A DNA stretch of 64,000 nucleotides, taken from positions 1 through 64,000 of IMG/VR virus record IMGVR_UViG_3300008261_000125; one strand, 5' to 3'. The notes below the pieces were generated by a model. It ran no database searches, was not told the origin of the DNA, and saw only the letters and a list, made by a program, of their open reading frames with translations. Positions 30,001 to 39,300 of this stretch are shown piece by piece. The translations under genes were made by a program, and so were the position numbers. The first letter of the stretch is position 1, and the number at the start of each line of letters is the position of its first letter. The DNA is from a virus.

Positions 30001-30330
30001 TGTAGCATATGCTAAATTAACGACTGCTGATGTACCATCCATTAAACTTCCATATTTGTCTATATATCCATCTTGTAATTTACCTTTAAACTCTTGAGTT
30101 CTATCAGATATAAATCTAACAGGTATTCCTATTCTATCAGACATTCTAGCTGCTATATCTCTTAAAGTTTTTTCAGATGCAATTATTTCATCAGATGTAG
30201 CTAATTGATAATTTACTTTTGAATCAGATGCTGTATATCTTTTAGCATATTCTACTTCTGCATAAAGAGGATCACCTACTTCAGCTAATATTTGCTTGAA
30301 CTCTATACTATTTGGATTAACACAAATCAT
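27040..30330 (-). CDS. polyvalent virion protein: zincin-like domain plus PNK/AAA_33 kinase cassette
   Basis: TPIHEILGHP (29968-29985); PIGTSGSGKST, EPDAMR and VFDTTNL (about 27290-27735). Confidence 0.8.
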   Translation of the reverse strand: MICVNPNSIEFKQILAEVGDPLYAEVEYAKRYTASDSKVNYQLATSDEIIASEKTLRDIAARMSDRIGIPVRFISDRTQEFKGKLQDGYIDKYGSLMDGTSAVVNLAYATLDTPIHEILGHPIIRAIKTLSNNKLSQFEKDKLAEAWEGFSKEEEITFKQQLASIPTLYKNLLKELETGRGKEVLDRVKRDYNIKGLSQKIKDNWDEGFTEEEYIEQYPDSPEIIRYSLEEQQEEAIVELLGMMTANKLDAVKDGKLISLLRRLLKEIKQFVKSLLKQREVEIDKLPDNMTIGDIADLLAYSNSKLILPGYEVEYTTPDNMKFKTYQEVSNHISQLAKSVEDVDLESVILPETHWVTWEEMNFRPNVPEDPYDVQYYNKDFINKQEAEKFVETLNQRDNVSNIEIKKTNESHNAKSFIAKNKEYEQSKEIIEEWKKVNNIQYNPEEIYSRGQEFVSVVGAYSSFDVNLMMQNLLQHIEDNEKAGGKFAISVYTKPVDKKIGHLEGGGGKIKFKIYPQSEDILWAANADVFSGSVWDASEKINKDKKSELLGVSYSKYPSLKNVDAVQPNLANIVDNLDHHHNELGISLTGSNFRLEYDEDIPYQTKKIINSINSILDQRYGKLVKPEIKQKEFGTKYIVKVESAYGDLNKSTIFNTEKEALDYKEYMGQFDDLSVKISKQVGIQPTQTNETLKESIDSVKKKYSIMEYSEEGVNAFNIGDIRYVFDMIEGRYSKLIDKDFTKSSSWVKITKEEYEQAKKSVNKEYTSQALINTKIAKLKEVAKKYPRSLIRSEVVRIEEGLPSGNWKADMFEDELPFQKIRSEQAPITTQPSTSVKEGVSELFESNPELANIGTPEQYSQYLDTKQPNVILPIGTSGSGKSTFIKSLPKENLVVIEPDAMRVEFTGDINNKSKDKEIYIEAANRAVQAIKQGKQVVFDTTNLTKDKRLPFIEAIKKAIPTVNIQYKLMELNPELAKQRIKTQIARGENRANVPDSTIDRHAESYKQMLEDIKNEPITEYKELGSKQDIEGFKKFTTRTTTQPTSLGGELSVYLSNKLKDEFGYDNPGNSDALSPLDILNRQVIVTKQDIDDKKLNC

Positions 30331-33300
30331 TATTTATAACATTTATTTAGTATTTCTATAGTTTTATCTCTATCCTCGGTCATTAATCTGTTGTTGATTC
30401 TTTGGACAATTTCATCATCAGACAAATTTTTGTAAGCATTTTTATACTTATCTCTTAGTGCAACTAATATAGTAGTTCTTTCTTCATTATTGTAAAGTTG
30501 TTCAAAAGTTCTAGCTGTACCTTGTGACTTAGTAGTTATAGGAGCTTGAGTAGGTGTAGCAAGTTTAAACTCTATTTGCCAAGCTTTATCTAATTCCAGT
30601 CTTACCTTATTATTAAAATAGTCTACAGACCAACCTTCAAGCTTGGACCATTCCTTGGCTGTTTTACCAGAATCTTTTAGTGGATGAAGAGTTTTTGTTA
30701 CAACTACATCTACAGTTCTACCATCCCCAGAATCCCAAGTTATAATATCTCCAACCTTAGCAGATTTCCAATAGTCAAAAGCTTTATGATCAGAATATCT
30801 TGTAGTAGCTGTTCTTTCACCTTTAAGTATTGCATCAAATGTTGTAGAACTTGTAACATCAGATCTTTTATTTTTACCATAAGGCATTTTCATTTGACCT
30901 GATAGTTTATTAGGTGTAGTTACAGGAGCTTGTGGTTGAGAAACAGATGAATAAGCATCATTAAGTGTTTCAATAAACCAGTTTCTACCATTAGTTTCCC
31001 ATACTGTATTTTTACTAGTAGGTTGGTGGGTAGAACTTAATATCCAAGCTGATCCTCCTTGTTTGTTAATTTCAGTAACTAATCTAGGATGTTGTTGAAG
31101 TTTAGCTGTAATAATATCTACCATTAGATTATAAGTACTATTAGGACCATCATCTTTAGTAGCAGTAGATTTTAAAGCTTGATAAGCAGCTTCAGCATCT
31201 TTATAAGTTTTACCTCTAAATTCAACAGGATAAGATTTTGTAATATTTCCTTTAGATTTAGAAAGTTCAGTTGGATTAGTAAGTGCTCCTGCTAACCCTT
31301 TAGCATTAGAACTTATCTCTACACCTTTACTTACAGTAACTTGTGGTTGAGTAGACTTGCCAAATCCTTTATCAGATAAAACTATTATTTTACCTGATTC
31401 TTTGATCTTGTTAATAGCAGTGTCTATATCAGCTTTAGCTTGTTCTAATTCTGTCTCTGTTGATATATTAAGGTTTACTTGTAAGTCATTGTCATTTAAT
31501 ATAAATATTATATCAGGATTACCTTGTTTTAGCATTTGTAATTCACCTGCTGGTAAAGATTTAATTTGATTAGTAGAAGGATCCTCATAAGATTGACTTA
31601 TTACATAAACTCCATCATCAATTTTAGATACATAAGGTTTATCAAACAAGTAAGTATCTTTACCAGTAGCATCTGCTATTAATTGATTAACTGATCTTTT
31701 ATAGCTAATACCTCTACCTTTAAGTCTATTGTTTTCAGTTTGATTATTTTGTTTAAAGAACTCATAAAATCCTTCTAGTACCATGTTAGCTTTAGACTCA
31801 TTTTTATTTAAGAATGTATAGAATGCTTCAGAAGCTTTTTCCATTACAGGTCTATATCTATCATAAGGCATGATACTGTTTAATGAAAATTCACTAGAAT
31901 CCATACCACTCTGTAGGAAAGCAATCATAGGTAACTGAGCAAAGAACTCACTAATATATGCATTAGCTTGTGCTCTATTAGCTGTTTTCTCAGACACTTT
32001 CATTTCTTTAGGATTAGCTAACTTAAGCCACTCATTATAGTATTCTTCACTCAAGTTTTCATCTAACTCAGTTAAGTTTTTAATCTTAAAGTTAGTTCTT
32101 GACATGTGGTTCTTTTTACTACTTATAGAAGATGCAGAAAATTGTCTAACTAAATCAAATTGAAGTTTTAATTCAGGATAGCTTTCAATAATACTAATTA
32201 GTTTTCTAGCTGTAGTATGCTCACCAGATCTGAATAACTCATAGTTATTATAAGTATTACTTAATGCTTCATGCATTAATACATACTCATAAACTATTTT
32301 GTTTAATCTATTTGTATAATCTTCTTGACTTTCACCTTCTCTTTTAACAAATAAACTAACCCCACTATTTACAAGTCTGTTTTTAGCACTTTGAAATTCT
32401 TTTGTTCCTAATAAAGATTCTAAACTTTTTATCTTTCTTAAATATTCTCTTTCTAAACTGAACTCAATAAATGATTCAACATCATTTTGATTAAATGCAG
32501 ATGGATGAATATAAAATAATCCTCTTCTTAAATAAGCTTCATCAGATTTAGAACTAGATAAGTGATTTTCATTAGCAAAATCACTTCTTAATTGCTCAAT
32601 ACTTTTAACAGGACTGTTCTCATTAAGTAATTCACTAATAGGAGTTTGTTTGTATTCACTAGCACCTTGTTTATATTGTTTAAGAACATTAGTAAATATG
32701 TATAAACTTAAAGCATTTTTAAATCTGTTAATAAATGTTTCTTCATCTAAACCAGTTTCTTGTTTTAGAATAGCTCTTTCAATTGGATTCTCTAAAGTTT
32801 TTATTAAGAATTTATTTACTAAATCATTATCCCTTGTAGCAAATAAGTTTTTACCAAATAATGCTCTAGAAAATTCTTGAATAAAGAATGATGATATAGC
32901 ACTCTCTTCTTTGAAATGAACTTTAAGAGAAGAATCTAATGTTTTAAACTTATCAATTTTTTCAATGTCATGTATTTTAGCTTGAGCTGCAAAGTTATCA
33001 ACTGCTGATTCTGTATCTACATTAAGATATCCTTTAAGGTTATCAAACTCTTCAATTAAATCTTCAATATAAAAATACTGTAATAAACCAGCTATTTGTT
33101 CTTTATTAAATTTAAATGATTGTTTTGCTACTTCTTTTAAAGATTCTTTACTAAAAGATACATCTTTATATCTTGTATTTAATATTTTATAAAATCCAGC
33201 AATATTATTTTTTAATTGATTTCCATCAAGATCTACCATTACTCCTTTAAGTAATTCTTTTCTTGCTTTATTTTTAGCAGAAGTAGTTGTATTTCTATGT

Positions 33301-36300
33301 TTAGGACCATAGATTATTTTTGCTAAAGGTGATTTATAATTTATCTTAGATTCAACATATTTTCTAATCATAGGATTACTTACAAAATACGCTATATCCT
33401 CTATAGGAACACCTGCTTGTAATAAGAATAATGTTTTAGGAATTACTTCCATGTTACCTTGTAAGTAACTAATCCATGCATCTTTACCAACATCCACAGC
33501 ACCATTCATCAATTGAGATAAAATATCAGCTATATTATTAATTTTTTCAGCATCTGTTTTATTAGATAAAGAAATAACTTCAATCTCTTTTAATGTTTTA
33601 CTATCAATTTCTTTAGTTTTATTATAATTAAGTCTTAGTTTAATTGGAACTTTTACAGGTGATAAAACTTCACTATCACTATAGTATGGATTTTCTACTT
33701 CAAATGAATAATTCATTTTAGCACCAGCCATAGTTAACATATTAGCAAATGTATTATGTAAAGTAATAAGTCCTAAAATGTTTTTACCTGTAATATTATC
33801 TTGTTGTTTTTTAAGATTGTAAGCATACTCAGTCATTTTAGTAGGACTCACTCCACCACCTGGAGTTGATTCTCCAGTTTTAATAGATTTAGTATGATCA
33901 ACTTCATTATCTGCTTTTTGAATATCTTTTTTGAGTGTATTAGATAAAGGTTTAGTTAAATGAGTATCATTAGGTTGCATTAATGAGAAAGCCATCTCTG
34001 GCATTTCCATAACCCCAATAATATTATCTATAAATTTATTTTGAATAGCAGCAGTAAAGTTTCTCTTATGTTCTTTTAAATTAGAAAGTTCATTATAAGC
34101 TCTACTTAATTCACTATCTTTTGATATTAATTCAGTAATTAAATTTTCAATTTCAGGATATTTTTCTGAATCAAATCCTTTAATTTGTTTAGATAAAATT
34201 TGATAAGATTCTGGAAGATTCTTTTTAATAAACTCTTGTTCCTTTGGATTACTTAAAGTTTTTAATAACTCTTCATTATTATAAGTAGTATAAGCAAAGA
34301 ACTTTTCTTTAACAAGTCTTTTATGTTTACTTTCTTTTTTAATACTATTTCTAAAGTCATCAAGATCTTCTTTAATAGTTAATTTATCAGCTTTTAAATC
34401 TTTTAATTTAGTTTTTAATTCTTGAATTTTAGCATCTAATTCTTCTGGTGTTTTATAAGTATCACCTGCAGATGCTGGTAAGAATTCATGTATTTGAACA
34501 AACTCAACTGAGTTAGGTCCTTGTGTAGGAATCCTTACACCAGTCATTCTAATAGAGTTTTCATTTTCTTTTAACCAAGCTTCATTCTTAATCATTTCAT
34601 TAAGTCTTATGAAACTTGCATCATAGTCTAATACATATTTAATCTCAGATTCTGTATCAGGGTTCTTTACATAAACAGCTACTTTATCTGTAGTCTTTTT
34701 ACCATTAACATAGTAATTAGTAGAGAATAGATTTTGATAGTTATCTGTTAAGGCAACTTTAACCTTTGCACCTATAGTCTCTTTACTACCATTTGTACTA
34801 ACAATATATCCACTTAAACCATTAGTACCAAAGTCATCATATTCTTTTGTTTGTTCAATAGTAGGTTTTTTAAATGATTGTGTAAGAGCAGAAGAAACTT
34901 GTACTAAAGGTTCACCTTTAATTTTAAGTTTAATCAATCTATTATTAATAACAGACATTAAAAGTTTTTCAAGTCTAGCAGCTTGAGGACTTAAACTTAA
35001 ATCAATTTTCTTGTTAGAACTATATTGAACAAAGTCTATTTCATGATCACTATATCCTTGACTTTTTAATATATCAACAACATAAGTAATCATGTCATCA
35101 ATATTACCTTCTGGTAAACCATTTACTTCAGTCCAACCCATTTCTTCTAATAGGTCTTTTCTCATGTACTCAGTTAACCTTTTAAGTTGCTTATATACTT
35201 GTTGTGTATTTTTATAAGCATTACTGTTTTTTAGCTTTTCAGCTTTAGTTAAACTGTTCCATTCCTCTTTAGTACCTTTATAATCTATAGGGACACCATT
35301 ATCAAATAACCCAACATTAAACACTTTACGTAACTGAGTAGATAAAACACTCTTTCCTTTAAAGTATTTATTAACTTCTGTTTGATTTTTTAAGTATTCA
35401 AAGTAAATAGGATTAGGAGTAAAGTTAATATCTTGATATTCTTTGATATTACTTGTATCACCTTCATAAATACTATCACCATTAGTTTTGTCATCAGCTC
35501 TTAAGTAAGATCTCTTAGCTCCAGAATCAAATAATGCATAGTCAATGTTTTGAGCCATCATAGCTAAGTGCATTTTTTCTAAAGGTAATCCTTTAATTAC
35601 ACTAGGAATTAATGGTAATAAACTGAATTTATCAATACTTTGTATAGGATAGTTCTTTAATTCAGTTACTAATGGTCCTGCATACTGTAATTTATATACT
35701 GGGAATAAATCAGTTAACTCTTCAGGTGTAAGACTTTCTCCTCTAAGTTCTTTTTGGTAAGCAGCTTCTTGTTGTTCTGTCCAACTATTTTCAAGATTTT
35801 TTAAGATTCTATATGAGTCAAATGATATCCATCCTTGACCATCACCATCTTTAATTCCTGTATATGGTTGTAATAAACCTCCAGTAATATTAGTTTCAGA
35901 ACCACCTTTACCATATAAAGCTTCGTTAATATCACCTTGATATTTTTTTTCTTTTAACCAATGTCTGAACATTTCAGCATAATCATCTAAGTAAATACTA
36001 TCTACTTTACTCTCTTTGATTATTGCTTTGTTACCTTTACCTGTATATAATCTTGACTCAGTTTGATTTGGATCTCTTCTTACTAATTTACCACTCTTAA
36101 CTAGACTATCTTCATATGGTCTTTTTACATGAGTATTAATAAATAGTTTTGCTAGTTCATCAGTAGGGAAGATTAGACCAGAAGAGTTATAAGTAGGAAC
36201 CCTTTTTAAACTCTCGTCATTGATATGATTAAATTGAAATCCATCACCAAGCTCTAACAATATAACTTCATTAGCATGTAAAGAACTGTTTATAGCAAAT

Positions 36301-39300
36301 GAATATAATAAAGCATCTTTAATACTATCAGTTGTAGCTACTTGTCCTTCAGTAAGATGTTCTTCAGCAATTGATCTTAAGAAATTAGGAACATTATTAC
36401 CAAAAACTTTATTATAATTATTAACTTCTAATGATTTTTTTGAAGTTTCAAAATAGTTAATAATTTCTTTTTCAATTTCTTTTCTTAACTCAAGGTTTTT
36501 ATTTAATAAACTATTTAAAGTAGTTTCATCATTTAACTGACTAGCATACTCATTAATAAGTTTATTTTTTAATTCACCATCTTTAGTATTTAAGATATCA
36601 TCAAAATAATCAAACTTAATACCTTTTTCATAAAAGTCTTTAGCTTTAGAATAGTACTCTTTATTGTCTTTGATTTTTTGAATTCTTCTTAACTCACCTT
36701 CTAACTTAGGAATCATTATGTCCATTACTTTATCAAATGGATTATATCCTAATAAGTAATTACCATTAATATCTTTTAAGAAAGCTTGAGTATCTACATA
36801 TAAATGGTTATTCTTTTTAAGTGAATAAGTGTTAAGTCTTTTTACTTTAACTCCAGTATAAGTACTTTTTTCACCATGTCTTACAGCTTCAATATATCCA
36901 TCTTTTAACATAGAAGCAAAGTCAGTAATAAACTTATCAACTTTGGTCATTGAACCGTGTGAAACACCATTACTATCATCAGATAAATCTTCATATTGAG
37001 AACCAGTTAAATCTACTAATTCAATACCATTAAGATTATTTCTCTTACCTGTAGTGTCAAATAATGAATTCATTATAACACTACCTATAACATGAGGGTT
37101 GTTTTCTTTAACTAAATGAGGAACATAACTATAAGCACCACTTTTTAATTCATCTAAAGAACCTGCTTTCTTTAAAGCATATACAATTTGAGTTAAAGTT
37201 GTATTTAATGAGAATGCACTTTTCTTACTTTTTTCTGCAGTAAGTTTCATCCTACTAATGTTTTCTGTAGAGAACTCAGCATCAATCTTAGCTAATGTAT
37301 TAACATTAGAAGCTTGATTATCTATAGCACCCTCAATAAACTCACCAGTAGCTAGTTCAATTTTAATCTTATTATGTTTTTGACCTAAGAAATTAACTAT
37401 GTTAGTAATAGGTAATAGGTTTCTTTTTGCTAAGATGTCTTTGTTAGCTTCTGCTAAACCAATAGCATTAACAATATAATCAAAAGCTTTTGTAGTATCA
37501 TCATTAATAGCTTTTCTAACATCATAGTTATCTTCTAAATACATACCTATTGCATTTAAGAATGGAATCTTTAATGATTCATCTTTAATGAAATATTTAG
37601 TAATACCTTCTTTACCTATAGCAGAAGATGTTAAAAATTCTTTAACTACTTTACTTAAGTTAAGAGTATTTTCTTTATTAGCATTTACAGTAACAAATGG
37701 ACCTGATTCAGTAGAGAACTTAGCTGGCCATACTTTATTTTTAATTGCTGAGTGATCAGCTGATACTTTACCTACTACAAAACTAACTTGAGTTTGATTA
37801 TCAATGGTTTCTTCTTTAAATTTAGAAGTAACTAAATCTTCTCTTTCTAAGTTCAATGATCTGAATACACCCATCCAAATTTTAGATGCACCAGCACCTT
37901 TATCAGCACCCATAACCACAGTAGGATCACCTAGTTTTTCTAACAACTGAGCAAATAAAGGTGAAGTATTTTTAACTGATGCTAGTTTTTTGTATAACTC
38001 ATCAACTCTTTTTTCACCACCAACTTTATCTATTAAATTGTTAAAGAACTGTTTATGATTAATAGGCTCAGGAAATCCTAGACTATTTAATATATTAACT
38101 CTTTCTCCATTTACAACTTCTTGTTTTAATAAAGTCTTTAGGATGTATGTACAATCAGCAGTAGCAAGTTCATATGATTCAGTTTCATTACCACCTTCTC
38201 TTCCAGATTTAGATAATGGAGACTCATAGTTCTCATCAATCATTTCATTAAATGAACTGTTTTGTAAATGGTAAGTAATAAGATCTAACTTATCACCTTT
38301 TCCATTTAAAGAATTAGTTGCATCACCATAGTTATCTAAAGCTTTTATTAACAATAAAACATTGTTTCTTTTATATTTTCTTTCAATCTTATCCCACTTA
38401 GTTTTATTATTTTTATCTTTAGCATAATCTGCTTCAAACTCTTTTCTTAAAACATCTAATCTAGATGCTAATTTCTTTTTAATTGCAGAATTATATAATA
38501 AAGTTAATCTCTCTTGTCCTTTTAAGATATTAGCTGCAGCATCATATTTACCTTTTAATAAATAACCTGTAGTTATATCAGATATAATACCATCCATACT
38601 CTTAACAAGTAATGATGCTTCTACTGGAGTAAATATTACAGTACCATCTTTAGCAATTATACCAGAGTTTAATACACCAAACTCAGCATTGTCCATACTT
38701 GGAGTATACATGTTTAATTGTTCAGGACTTTCTGCTGTATATAACTGATTAAACATTTCAGATAATATACCTTGAGAACCAGGATTAGAATAAACATTAA
38801 TATCAGTTGTTCCTTTAAATAATGTTTTTAAGAATTTCCAAACTCTATCAAAGATTCTTGAGAATATATTTGATTTTTCATTTTCAGTTTTGAACTTACC
38901 ATTGTTCATGGCATATACTCTGAACTCTTCTGCTATAAATTCTTCTAACTCTTTTCTAGAAGCTTCAGTAAATTCTACTTTAACTGTTTGGATGTTATTA
39001 CTTTCATTCTTTCTGGTAACAGTGAAGGTGCCTGGTAATTGTCCTACAGCTTCATATAGTTTATTTCTATCAGCTTTAGATAAATATATCTGACTGAATG
39101 CATGCCAAGCCTCATGGTAATTATGAGTGTAATCTGAACCTGCAAACAAAGTAATAGTAGCATTACTAAAACTAGCCCAAGCATCTGAGTTAACTAAATT
39201 AAAAGCTTCTTTTAAAGTAATCAATGGTTTACCATTAGAGTCTTTAGCTTTAGATAATGCACTTTTTTCCCACCATGTTTTTGCTTTAGCTTTCTGTTCT

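Noticed and set aside
35830-35855. DGDGQG as the RNAP catalytic triad
   Set aside because: It corresponds to the upstream DGQG-type motif, not the metal-binding DxDxD loop that follows RIPTQ...FLP.
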